Numbered from the stretch's first letter, positions 27,574-41,068 are shown. The stretch: 64,000 nucleotides of DNA from Chrysomallon squamiferum (GCA_012295275.1 CM022673.1:17856001-17920000); one strand, 5' to 3'. The notes: a model not told the origin generated them from the letters alone. Numbers and translations: made by a program.

Positions 27574-28206
27574 TTCTCTCATTTTAATGCTTCTTTAGTT
27601 GTTTTCTCTCATTTCAATGTTCTCATAGCTAAATGTTCAATCATTTCAGTGTTCTCATAGTTCTGTCTTCTGTCATTTCAGTGTTTTCATAGTTCTGTGT
27701 TCTATCATTTCAATATTCTCATAGTTCTGTGTTCTATCATCTCAGTGTTCTCATAGTTCTTTGTTCTATCATCTCAGTGTTCTCATAGTTCTGTTCATCA
27801 TCTCAGTGTGTTCTCATCTAGTTCTGTTCTATCAGTGTTACAGTTGTATCATTTCAATGTTCAGTTCTGTGTTCTATCATCTCAGTGTTCTCATAGTTCT
27901 GTGTTCTATCATCTCAGTGTTCTCATAGTTCTGTGTTCTATCATCTCAGTGTTCTCATAGTTCTGTGTTCTATCATCTCAGTGTTCTCATAGTTCTGTGT
28001 TCTATCATTTCAATGTTCTCAGTTCTGTGTTCTATCATTTAAATATTCTCATAGTTCTGTGTTCTATCATCTCAGTGTTCTCATAGTTCTGTGTTCTATC
28101 ATTTCAATGTTCTCATAGTTCTGTTTTCTATCATCTCAGTGTTCTCATAGTTCTGTGTTCTATCATTTCAATGTTCTCATAGTTCTGTTTTCTATCATCT
28201 CAGTGT
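27574..28206. repeat. Minisatellite, 32-nt unit gttctatcatctcagtgttctcatagttctgt, ~19-20 copies
   Basis: Head-to-tail units; degenerate at the left end, with deleted units around 27790-27870. Confidence 0.96.
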
Positions 28207-28303
28207 GCTAGTGTGATTCTGTTTTCACACAGACATTAGGAAATAGGTCTATAAATTTATAACAGAGAAAGAACAGTCAGATTATTGTCTCTCGTGGATT
28301 GTA

Positions 28304-28573
28304 GGAAAAAATGGCACTGGAAAAAATGGCACCCGGAAGAAATGGCAATGTGCAGATTTGGAAAAAATGGCACCTTATTTATTTTTTCTGTATTGTTGCT
28401 TTAAAAACACCCTTAAAAGTACTTTTGAAAATACAGTTTGTTCATGCAATATTATTACATACTCAGCCTCTTGGTTTTGCTTAACAAAGTACAGTTTTAT
28501 ATCAAAGTTTAATATTACACATATACACATACAAATATATACATACATACATATATACAGTGCCATTTTTACC
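28304..28573. mobile_element. MITE-like non-autonomous element remnant with ggaaaaaatggcac subterminal repeats
   Basis: Four direct GGAA(A/G)AAATGGCA motifs at 28304-28374 and an inverted copy (cagtgccatttttacc, 28558-28573) matching the first at 15/16. No clear TSD. Confidence 0.55.
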
Positions 28574-28640
28574 GTACCCCCTTTCATGCACACATACACA
28601 CATTTTTGTATACACTTTCAGTGTTTGCATGAAGAGACAG

Positions 28641-28807
28641 TTAGAAACACTTCTATTGTTACGTTTTAATCCAGTAATGAAATGACTGTGTACAGTGTTA
28701 CAGATGATTTGCTGCATGTTACCAAGTACAAAGTAATAAAAACAAAACCATCAATACATTGTCAACAGACCAAAAAGAGCAGCCACATTAAATAACAAGC
28801 TTTGTTT
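28641..28807 (+). repeat. Dispersed ~160-bp repeat, left copy of an inverted pair
   Basis: Reverse complement of 33922..34077 apart from a few substitutions, a 1-nt indel and a 10-nt insertion (ttaaataaca); both copies give MQQIICNTVHS in the ORF track on opposite strands. Confidence 0.95.
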
Positions 28808-30135
28808 TTGAAAATCATTCATTAATGTTTTTTATATTTTATTTAAATAAACAAGTTATTACTCATGATGTATTTAAAATAACAGTAATAATAATAACAT
28901 CAACTTTTTAATAACTAAAAACAAAATTAAAAAGTAATTAAAAAAAGAAGCAAAATAAAACATCATGCAAAAAGATAAATAAATGATAATAATACAGAAA
29001 TACCAAAAAGAAATCTTCACTAACATTAAGTTCGTTTAAAAAAAAAGAGAATTAAAAAGACAAAAAAATTATTCTCATAAAAATGTTCAAAGAAAAACTG
29101 AAACGCATGAAAAAAAAAAAAAAAAAAAAAATCACTCAAAATATAAAAGAAAAACGAACAAAAAAATGTCCTACGCTGAAAGCTGCTGAATTGGCGGCAA
29201 ATTCCCAGAGAGTAGGTAAACAACGAAACATTAAAACTGTTTTGTTTTTGCTCTTCAAAGAATCAAGTGTTATGTTTCTCTCAATGGCCAAATCTCGGAT
29301 TTCATTGCCACCGCTGCCCATTAGCTGGATTGAACAAAGTTATTAAATTGGTCTGAATTAGATCAGCACAGCAGAGCGAGTTTCCCGGCCGCCATTGTGC
29401 ATAGCAGTGCATAAAATTGCATGTTCATTAGAATGCGAAAGTTGTGACAGTGAAATTAATGTTCTCTTAGCTGATGGTGTGCGTAGATGTGGGTTTGGGT
29501 CTCGTATCTCAAAACTGTAATCTTCATTTAAACAGTTACTCGTGTTTAAAAACATACTGAAAAAATCCATCCATTAGCTAACATTTGTTTTATTGTCTTG
29601 TTTTTTAGTGGATTTAAATGCTTTTTCCTTTTTTCTTTTCTTCCTTTTTTTTCTTTTTCTTTTTTTCTTTTTTCTTTTTTTATGTCTGACATGTTTCTTT
29701 CTTTTTGTTTTATTTCTCTTTTTACTTTGCTTTTTTCTATATTTATTTTTTCCTTTTCTTTTTTCTATTCTTTGTTCTTTCGTTCTTTTTTTAAAATTCT
29801 TTTTCCTTTATTTTTTATTTTTTAAAACTTTTCTTCCAGTATTTATTTTTTTATCAGTTTTAAAATTCCTTTTTAAGGAATTTTCTTCGTGTTTTATATT
29901 CATTTTTTCTTGTTACAACTATTATTATCTTTTTAATATAATTTTGTTAAGAACACACAAGTATTTTGAAGAGGCGAGGCTCAGATTTGAACTGAAGAAA
30001 AACCAACGCGACACAGTCTATAAAATTATGAGAACTATGTTACGATGCTGACAAACCAGAATTTCTTTGTGATTCGGCCCAGATTATTACACATCTCATG
30101 GGTTTCTTTGCTTTCCTGGGGTTAGTCATTAATAT

Positions 30136-30149
30136 GTTTCCATGGCAAC
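30136..30149. promoter_or_regulatory. RFX X-box (GTTTCCATGGCAAC)
   Basis: Matches the palindromic RFX consensus GTTNCCATRGNAAC; lies inside a complex island. Confidence 0.6.
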
Positions 30150-33100
30150 CAAGTGGAGGGATATGAAGACTGGGTCCCTCTTGAAGCTTGAGTAAGCAGA
30201 GTTGGTGGGAAGTGAGACAGTGGAAAGACAAACATCTCTTCTGCTTCATTTTCCTATTAATTCACTCTGCTCCATGTGCAAATCTGTCCCAGTTCAAAAG
30301 CTGGGCAAGCTACTTGAAAACCAACACGGACTGGTTATTAGTAATTTAAACATGTATTAACCCTCTAACTGGCTTTTTTCTTTTTGTATGCAGTGAAATG
30401 TTGTGGTACATGCTGTGCTGATTTGTTGCTTTATTTATTTATTAATTTAGTATTATTGTTTTTAGAGAGATGGGTTCAATGAAATATTTTTTTGTAATTT
30501 TAGAAATAATTTTTATCTTTTTTTTTTATAGAAAGAGACAGAGAGAAAAAGAAAGTAATAAATAGGAGATAAGAGATAGAATGAATCAAACTGAATGAGA
30601 AAGAATGAGTTGGAACATAAAACAGAGAGAAAAAAAAAAAAATACGAAGAGAACAAGACAAGACAAAAAAGAAAAATAGTTGAGTATTTCAAATTTAGAA
30701 TTAAAATTTTGTTTATCATGAAAAATACATTGGTGTTTTAATTTGACTAAATTTAGAATTATTTTTTTTTACTATTATTCTGGTCTGAAAGTATAACTGA
30801 CTTTTCCCAAGGGCATTAAATTGATTTCATTTGTTGTGTTTTAACATGTTATATTCAGAACTTAAATATAGTGAAATCAGTTACTATAAATAACTCAATT
30901 ATCAGAAGAAAAAATAAGCAATGGCTGAACTTAATAATATGGAATTATTTGATTTTGAAATGTTGTGTAAAATTAACTTAATTTTAGAAACTTGTAGTAA
31001 AAACGGAGATGTATTAAAATACTTGTATACATCCAGACAAAAAAATATAAAAGTGAGAAATTATAATACAGAAGCTAAAACCAGAGACAAATTAAAATAA
31101 ATAAATAATGAAATTGAAAAAAAAAAAAAAACATCAACTAAAGTTTGCACAATATCAATAACTAACAAATAAATAAATAAAATGAATAAGTAAAATTTAA
31201 AAATTTGAGAACATAAATTAGAAATTAGAAAAATTAAAAATTTAAAAAAAAAGAAAAGAAAAAAAGTCCCTATTTTCACCTCTTGAATTTTGTCATACTT
31301 TGTTTTTGAAAGTCTCATTTCAAAACTTGGTTACAAAATTTCATCATTTTAATTTAGCCAATCATTTTGCCAGATCCCCAGTCTTAATTACCTGCCCATG
31401 TCGCTATGGCAGTTGGAGGTTATAGGTCAAAGTGTGGAATATTGTGACTGTTAAAGTGAATTAGTCTTCCCCATTAGTTAGTTCCTGTCACCATGACATA
31501 ATGCAGAACCACTGGCTGGTAAGGGGAGGGAAGTGGAAATGTTGGGGAGTGTTTGTTGGGGTGGGGATCATCAACAATGAGAGCTGTGAACAAAAATGAA
31601 TGATGTAATAAACTGATGAAAAAAGAAACAAGAAAAAAAAGTCAAAATAATAACAAAACGAGCCTAAATACTGATAAGCAGTATTTAAAAATATCCAAAG
31701 TTACTTCAAGAGAAGGAAAGCAAAAGATTTGGGAAATACGGGGAAAAGACAGGGATTATAATTTTTTTTTTAAAGGAAAGGTAATTCTTTTTCACTCATG
31801 TTTCTTTTTCCATTTAGCTGTGTTTCTCTCTTCTTCTTTTCTCTCTATCTCACTCATTTTTATTCTTTTTCTGTCTTTCCATATTTGATGTCTCTTAAGT
31901 GTATTTCTATACTTCTATATTTTTGTTTTGCATGTGTTTATTAGTCTCTCTCTGTTACACTATCTCTCTGATTCTATCTTACTTTTAACTCTTTTTCTAC
32001 AGATTCAATTTAGGCAGTGAATTATCAGCAGCATGTTCTGGAGCTGATGCTGTAACTACATCTCAGACACTAATCTCAGAGACTGGTTTCCATCTGTGTT
32101 TGTCGAACTACCAGTCCACACATCTCTTTCTAACAAACCAGCGTCCACTGTTCTCGGTTTACACAAAATTGTACTCTTCATCGCAGTTTTGGGCTGTGGT
32201 CTTCCTATCTCCCTGTTCTTCTGTGATTTCATTCCCGTAATCACATTGTAAGGCTCTAGCCAAGATGAAAAGAAAACACAGGAATAATGACAAGAGAAAC
32301 TTTGTTTAGTGAGGCCAGAACCTTTTGTCTTGGAGGGTTAATTGCCAGTTTGCTGGCTGTCTGGCTGAGTCAAGTTTGAAAAATATCCCTCTTTCTGTTC
32401 CTACAGTACACGCTCACTGGGTAAAAATAGAAAATGGTCAAACGATGTTGATGATGGTAGGTATTTAGGAAGATAAGTGATGCAAATTAAATCTGATGAT
32501 CAATGTTTTTCTTTCTCTTTTGTCAGATGGGTCAGTTTTCTTCTTCTTTTTTTTGTGTAAAGTTGTGTATGTAAGATAAACAGATATATTACAACAGTTA
32601 CTGGTATTACAGATTAAAAATAAATCCTTAAAAATAATTTTAAAAAATGAAATTAAAATATTTTAAAAATTCTTTCTAAGAAGGATAATGACACATATAA
32701 ATATATTCATTTCACGATAAAAAAAAAAAAAAAATGAAATGAGATTATAACAGAAAACCAAACAAAAACAGAAAAATCTGAATGAAAAAAGGCCAAAAAA
32801 AAAAAAAATGGGATGAACTGTTAATTAATTGAAATGTTATTTTGAGAAATGTTTTTATATAAAAAAAAAAAAAATTGCACCTTTATTTATGATTTCCTCT
32901 TGTACCTAGAACACCTGACCTAGTATTTGTGTTAATTATCTGTGTGAGAATTTCACGTGTGTGTGTGTTTTTTCAAACTAAGTAAGCCTTGGACCGCACG
33001 GTCTGCTGAGTTTGACATGTTTAGCCAATTAACAGGGTGAAATGACGACACTTTGTAATGTGACAGATCAATACATTAACTGCAAAAGAGAACAGCCGCA

Positions 33101-33263
33101 GTTCAACTCTTTTTTTTTTTTTTCTCTCATGTTTTTCTCATCATTTTCGTTCTTTCTTTATGCTTTCTGCCATTTTCCCATCACCGTTTATGACACAGAG
33201 CACTTTAAAAAAAAAAAAAAAATCCACTCTCATTCTCTATCAGGACTAACACTGTTTTTTCCT

Positions 33264-33277
33264 GTTTCCATGGTTAC
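33264..33277. promoter_or_regulatory. RFX X-box-like site (GTTTCCATGGTTAC)
   Basis: One mismatch from the palindromic RFX consensus; lies inside a complex island. Confidence 0.5.
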
Positions 33278-33921
33278 GGAGACTGTGTACACAAACCTAT
33301 CTCCGCACACTGCCTGTAAGGACTGTGAAAATATTTAGTTTCCTTTTCACTGTCACAACATGTATGAAAGCAAAGTGTGATGCACCCGCTTGTGAATAAA
33401 ACCCATTTCTGAGATAACAAATTCATTACTGTATTAATTAAATGACAGCAGCATTAATTAATATCAGGCAGGTAGCACTTGCAGTCAGGTTGTTTTAAAG
33501 CCTGCTAACGATGATAAATCTTCGTGGATGTTGCTAGTAATGTTATTTATTTTTGTTCAGACATAAATCAGCGGTGATATAAGAGATGTTCATTTTCTGT
33601 CTGTCTCTGTTGTGTGATTGGCTAGAAAAGATAATCACAATAGCCAATGAGTGACAAGTGTGTTCCAGTATCTTTTATAACTTGAGTAATATTAAATTAA
33701 ACATTTTCTAAGTACGAAATTTAAAACATTTTTGTCCTCTTTTTTATTCTTATGTTAGTATGTGTGTTGTATGTGAGTGTGTCTGTTTTTTTTATTTATA
33801 TTTTTTAAATTAATTATTATTATTATTATTATTATTATTCATTTATATATTTACTTATTTATTTCCTTATTTATTTATTTACTTTTTTATTTTGTTTGTT
33901 TTATTTTGGACTTGCAGTTAT

Positions 33922-34077
33922 AAACAAAGCTTGTGGCTGCTCTTTTTGGTCTGTTGACAATGTATTGATGGTTTTGTTTTTATTCCTTTGTACTTGTAAC
34001 ATGCAGCAAATCATCTGTAACACTGTACACAGTTGTTTCATTACTGGATTAAAACGTAACAATAGAAGTGTTTTTAA
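33922..34077 (-). repeat. Dispersed ~156-bp repeat, right copy of the inverted pair
   Basis: Reverse complement of 28641..28807. Confidence 0.95.
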
Positions 34078-34775
34078 TGGTGTGTGTAGGTTTGTTTGAA
34101 GATGTGTATATCTGTGTTTGTGTGTGTGTATGAGTATGTGTGTGTGTGTGCATATATATGTATGGGTCGTTTATGTGTGTGAGGGAGAATTTCTAAAGCT
34201 AAGCCACTGCAGAAACTAAAATAAATTAGTGGAAATGAATATAAAATGTTCATAAATGAAATAAATTTTTATTCTTGCATTTTATATATATATATATATT
34301 ATTTTATTTATTTATTTATTTATGTGTAATAATTATATAATTTCACTAAGAGTATTATCTCTGAATTTTCTACTTATACAAATTTTAACTTCTTTTTTTA
34401 TTATATAATAATTTTATTATCTAATTTCACTATCAAAATTACTTTTTTTTTTTTTTTTTTTTTTTGATGTTTTATTATTTTTATTTATTTTTTTTTTTTG
34501 TGTGTCTGTGTTAAGAAGTGATTTGTGTTAATAAAAACTTTGTTAATATTTTTATATTTTTAAAGTCATTTTTATTAATTTAAATTTTGTTACAATATAA
34601 TAAATATAATCTAATTTTCACTATCAAAATTACCATCATTTTTAATTTCTTTTTAAAAAGTGGTTTATATAAATGTAATTTTATTATTTGATTATACGAT
34701 CTCAGTTCTGACTATTAATAACTACACTTTTTAAAAAAATGTTCACTGCCAGATTTCCATTTGTCAGAGTTTATT

Positions 34776-34806
<31 letters not shown>

Positions 34807-36899
34807 CTGTGTGTGTGTGTTTTTTCTGGTTTGTTGGATTGGCTGGTGAGGGTAAAGAAACATCGCGAAGCTGTCAGACAGTGATACGGCTAAACGCACA
34901 AACACACACATGATCGCGTTATCAACAACTGCTCATGTCAGGTCTCACTACGCAGTTTTTCAAACAACTCGAGCAGAAGATCGCGATGTTCGCTTGTGTT
35001 AAACTTGTCAAACATACTTGTCAAACAGCTAAAATCAATTCTCTTCTTCAATCCTCCGTTTTGCTTCTTATGTCAGTCTATCAGATATTTATTTGTAAGT
35101 GCTGGCAGATAAAAACATGCACAAGTTCTGTGTAGAGTTTTGGATCAGAATTAATGTAGAATTTTGTATCAGTGTTTGTGTAGAGTTTTGTATCAGAATT
35201 TGTGTAGTTTTGTATCAGAATGTGTGTAGTTTTGTATCAGTGTTGTAATGAGAAAGAGTAACAAAAGGAAACTGTAAAAAAGAAAGAAGAAAAGAAGAAA
35301 TGAAGGAAAGAGAATTCAGATTTTTAAAGAAAAAAGATTCCCTGTTGTCATAGCTGAAAAGTGAAACAAAGGAAAAAAGAAGGAAAAAAAGAAATAATAA
35401 AATCTTGTCTTAAAATTGAATTCAGAAAATAAAAATAAAAAATAAAATACTCTGTGACCCAGTAACATTACTGACTTACTTTATTATTAGGAAAGATTAG
35501 ATAGTAGGATAAAATAAAACAATTGAACGTGTATTTAGTGTGTGTATTTTACTAGTCATCCACTGACTAATGAAGATGTCACAAGTGTTTCCTAACAAGT
35601 GATTGCTAACAGAGATGTGTGAATACCTGACACACTGCTGACCTGTATGAACATATCTAGTGCCTCAGTGATCAAACTGTCCCACACTGACCAGTTAGTG
35701 GACCATGCAACAGACTAGAGCATGTAGCATTAGAGGATTTGAAACATTTTGTATTTTGAGTTGAAACATTTTGTATTTTGAGTTACATGACATGAAGTCT
35801 GTTTTAAGTGAGACTGTGGTAATGTATAAACACTGAGCTTCAGAGACTTCATCATCATAGACACTTAACAGAAAAGACATCATCAACATCAAACAATCAT
35901 TTCTGGGATCCTAGGATGTTCTCAGCTGTAGGAACTAACAGAACTAATGTAATGTTTGTGTTTAATCCAATAAGTCATTGAGACATAACATAAATCTTTG
36001 ATGTGACATCCAATCCCCCAGAAAAAAAAGTTTTACTGTCACTATTACTGTATCTGCTACTGCTTCTTCTTCTACTACTACTACTACTATGACTGTTGCA
36101 AAAAGTACTACTATTGCTACTAGTACTACTGCAACTACTACAACTACATTACTGCTGCTACAAATTACAATCACTATTCCTAAATTATTATTACTATTAC
36201 TACTACTATTACTACTACAATGGCTACAATTATAAATAATAAAAATAATAGGAACTTGGATTAAAAAAAAAAGATAGAAGAAACTGAAGGAAACAGTTTA
36301 AAATCTGAAAAAAACTCCCAAACCCAAAACTCTCTTCTTAATCTTTAAACAGATGAAACACAAAGCAGATTATCACAACTCTGAATTAAACAGTTGTGTC
36401 AGGTAAGGCTTAACGAGAGTTACTTGTATTTGCAGGTAAACAAGAATGACCTGAGACAGGTGTGTTTACCTGTTTAACACCTGAACATCTGTATACAAGA
36501 CATAGTTGTTTAAACACCTGTATACAAGACATATTTGTTTAAACATGTAACTGTTGTCAGTGTCACTGGATTACTGAACTGTACATCTGAACTTTCTTGT
36601 GTATGTCTGTTCATCCATCTGTCCATTAGTTTTCATGTGTGAGTGCTTTCTCTTGTTCATACACACACAAAAACACATATATACATGAACATACATACAT
36701 TGTACACATACATATACAAATATACACACATACACAAACAAATGCCTTGGTCTTTAGTATATAACTATTTTATTTTTCACTAACCTGTGTTTTTCTTTGT
36801 TCAGTAATAAATTTAGTCTACATTACTGCGTTTGATGTACTTTTCTTTGTGTCACTATTTTACTGATAGTTACCTGCATCAATAGTGATACAGGTACTC

Positions 36900-37300
36900 T
36901 AAATATAGTTAATTATTTACATAAAAGTACAGGTAAAGATCAATAATTATTCACACACACACACACTCACACACACACACATATATAGACAGGTAACAAT
37001 TATTAATTACTTATAGCTAAAGGTATATTTTTATTATTTACACATAGGTAAATGTTTTTAATTATTTACTTAGGGGTATACAGTAATTCATTATTTACAT
37101 ACAGGTGCAAGGTAATTAATTATTTATATACAGGTAAATATTATTAATTATTTACATACAGGTAAATGTTATTAATTGTTTACATACCTATAAGGTAATT
37201 AGTTATTTGCATACAGGTAAATGTTATTAATTATTTACATACAGGTATAAAGTAATTACTATTAGCATACAAGTATTTCATATTTGTATACAGGTGTGTT
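36900..37300. repeat. Degenerate ~28-nt tandem repeat (ttattaattatttacatacaggtaaatg)
   Basis: Recurrent ttatttacatacaggt units, e.g. CAGGT at 37102, 37131, 37159, 37214, 37242. Confidence 0.85.
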
Positions 37301-37794
37301 TACCTGGATGCATTTAATAAACACATTTATCTCGTTATCTCAAACTGAACCACTACGCTTAGAGAAACAGAAGTGTTTTTCTGTGGTCAGTTGCTGGTCA
37401 GACTGGAACACACACCTGTACCTTTTTGTAGAAAATAATCTCTGAATCTGACCTAAATAATAATCACTTAGCAATTTTATTTTTTATTTTTTCATATTTT
37501 TTCTACAGTAGAAATTGAACAACATAAACAACTCTACTGTAAATCAATCAAACATTAATGATTTTTTTAAAAGAAATTCATTCTTATTATTATAGTTTGC
37601 GATATTTGTATAAAATAATATTTTGTGTGAATTAATAAAAATATATTTGAAGACGGTAATATTTATGTGTTATTATGAATGTAAATTAATGCATAAAATA
37701 ACATTATGTTGGACAAGATAATGAAAGTATTTACAGAAATATATATATTTATATACTCAAAAATTATTCTTTTTCTTCCGTTCTCTTTTCCTCA

Positions 37795-37795
<1 letters not shown>

Positions 37796-37851
<56 letters not shown>

Positions 37852-37860
37852 GTCTATCTG

Positions 37861-37892
<32 letters not shown>
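37796..37892. repeat. (TCTG)n/(TCTA)n compound microsatellite
   Basis: Direct tetranucleotide repeats. Confidence 0.95.
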
Positions 37893-37893
<1 letters not shown>

Positions 37894-40752
37894 ATATAAA
37901 ACACACAAGATTTTGTTTTCAATAATCAGTGGTATAAAACAACATGAGGCCAGGCTGTGTAATATTGTCTGTGTAAACTTGTCTAATCTCAGACTGAGAG
38001 TTGAGACGGTCGTATCACAGAAAGACAAGATTCCATGTTTTGAGCCGATTAATGGGCCAGAGTGGGAAGAGGAGAGAAAATATTTGAACTGAAGAAGCAG
38101 GCCATTATGAGATGGTAATGCAGGTTTCAGAGGAACAAACACTTTACGACATGGCCCCGTTTTATGATTAAACAGCGGCTTGCAAACACACTGTGTGTTT
38201 GTCCTCTCACAGGCAGCGAGGCAGGTTAAGACATACTGTCCACACACACCCCTACCTCTTTTCTCTTTCTCTCTCTTTTTCTTCTTTCTTTCTTTCTTCT
38301 TCTTTTCTTTCCTTTTTTTTTTTTCTTTCAGAAAAAGGTCATTTGATTATTTGATTGCGGTTGTTTTTCTTTTTTTCCTGTTTTGCAATTACATTTTGGT
38401 TAGGTTTTAAGTTTCACCATGTTAAATAGAGTAGATTTTTTTTTGAAAAATGTTTTTCAAATGTTTTTTCTAATGGTTTTATTGAGAGAGTTTTATAGAC
38501 ATCTTTTTTGTTTCTCTTTTTCTGTAGATTAATCAGGATTTGTACATTTTCTGGTAAAGTTTTAGAATATTCTTTACAGTTGTAAGTTGGTTAATAAATA
38601 AAATATAATTTTAACATTTTTGCAAAAAGAGCTAATAATAATCACAGAAATATTGACATTACTACTACTTCTGCTACAACTGTTACTATTTTACTGCTTC
38701 TAGTACCAGTACTGCTGTTTATACTTCTTATACCACTACTAGTTTCTACTATATTACTGCTTATTTTATTGCTATAACTACCAATACAATTACTGATGTT
38801 CTTACTACAGCTACTACAACTACTAGTACTGCTAGTACTCCGACTACTTTGACTTCTACTACTACTACTGGCACTCTTTCTGCTTTGTTTTGCTACATAC
38901 TGTTAGTTACTGCTGATAACACTAATAATAATCCTAGTATGTTAAAACAATTTCCACTATAACTGTGCAAAAGTTTTTTCAAATAAAACTGTGATGAAAT
39001 CTCACTTCAGAATTCCTCAACAACAGAAAATGACAGATTTATGAATATTCATGACCACACATCACTTTAACTTAAAGCTCTGTTTGAATCTGATGAGATG
39101 AGAGATAATTAAAAATTACATTTGTACAAAAAAAAATAATAAAAAATCCTGTGAGTTTTGTATCATCAGCATCTGTTCAGCTATTAACATTTTCAAATAT
39201 CCTTTTTTTTTTTTAAAAAAAGAAGAAGAAGAAATTTCTGATCTTGAGACATCTTTGATGCTGGAATATATTTTATTGTGAGAAGAGGGGATCATGATTG
39301 GTTTACAAAGCAAGGTTGATTCAGAGAATTGATTTGCTGACTCCAAGGTTTAATGCAAACATTGGTTTTAGCTAATTCAAAGATCACAAACAAGGAATGA
39401 AAACTAACGTAGGATGAAGTATTGCAGGAGAAAAAAAAAATTATAAAAAATTATTTTTAGACATTTTATACTTTCCTGTGACCTCTGATGACTCTCTTTG
39501 CGGTTAACATACTCACAAATGAAAAATATTTTTTGATTTGTTGCTGAGAAACAAGTATGATGATATTAGTAGAAATATTTTAAGTTTTGAGATTCTTGCA
39601 TTGTGTCTGAAATTAGTCTAATCCGATTTCTGTGACTGTATCTCAGTTATGGAAACAGAAAGTGTTAGAAAATATCTTAATTCATTAAATCTTATAATGC
39701 AGGTAATAATCAAATATAGGTTTTATAATGAAATTATTACACATTTTAATTTATATAACAAACAAACAAATAAATAAAAAAGTAAATAAATAAAATTAAT
39801 TAAAAACAGTGATAAAAAGGTTGAGAAATGCTCCACTTCTTTTTACTTTATAAAGCTACTAAAACAGTGCACAGCACTGAATAATTCCTTATTCTCACCT
39901 CTGTTAATAAAACAATGCCAACAACAACAGCAACAATAAATAAATAAATAAATAATATATAAATGAAATAATAATAAAACAAAATAACAATAAATAAATA
40001 AAATCCTTTGTTGATATTTTTAGCATTAAAAAATAAAAATAAATGAACACTTGCTTAGCTATTACAAAAGAAATTTTCTGGGTTTGATTTGCATTAAACC
40101 GAGATGAAACTCTTTCCATTTCTCTACCTGTGTGAACATGAATTTGCTTTTCCAATTTCCCCAGCTCTTTCAGCAATTAACATCATGCATTGATAACTCC
40201 TCAATGCCTGCCATTGTATCAGAGAGCTGACCCAGTGCAGCCAGCATTTAGCATCGACTACAACAACTCCTTGCTTTGATGAGGTTTTTGTAAATCGAGT
40301 ATGGCCGATATTCAGACAGAAGTGGGTGAACCTCGTAGTTTTCTTGTCTGCGTGCAGCGCTGAAAATATTATTTTTAGAAAGAAATTAAAATAAAATTGT
40401 ATTTTCAGGGGTTTTGGTTTCTGTTTTTTTAAAAATTTTAAGATTTGTAATGTTTAACTTTTTAATTTTTTTAGTATTATTTAATTTAATTTTTTTATTC
40501 TGATTTTAATATATTTTTGTGAGGTTTTTATTAATATTTTCTTAATTTTATAACATTAATGATTATTTTTTAATTAAATTAAAATAAGTTGTATCATTTT
40601 CTTTCTTAACTAGTAAGTTATTTTAAAGTAAAAAAATTGTTTAATTTAATATGTACAATTTTCAATTCTTATTTTATTAATTTTTTGAAAAAGTAACACA
40701 CTTTATTTAAGTAATATAAGTGTTGAAAATATGTACACAAACACAGATATGT

Positions 40753-40790
<38 letters not shown>

Positions 40791-41068
40791 ACAAACAAAA
40801 TCTGATTCACTGGAGAAAAAGATTTGCGTTATCCATTGAGCATCAAGTGGTGAAAATAATGACAGTTTGTGATAGAAAATTAATACAATTTCCGACATTC
40901 GTACACGGAGGTTAGCGCTGCGGTTAGACTGAATTACACTGCATGGTACATTCAAGTGGAGAACATTTTATCTCTCATTGTCAGAAAACTGTCAAACACA
41001 CAAATCCACAAACGCTGTCCAGTTTATCACTGGATTCAAATGTTCTAGTCGCTGATGACAGTGGTTTG

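Noticed and set aside
24893-28206. Regular 28-32-nt repeats as a CRISPR-like array
   Set aside because: Units are head-to-tail with no unique spacers, there are no cas genes, and the context is a eukaryotic intron.
28808-33921. Autonomous transposon between the inverted repeats
   Set aside because: No transposase or RT ORF, and no clear target-site duplication.
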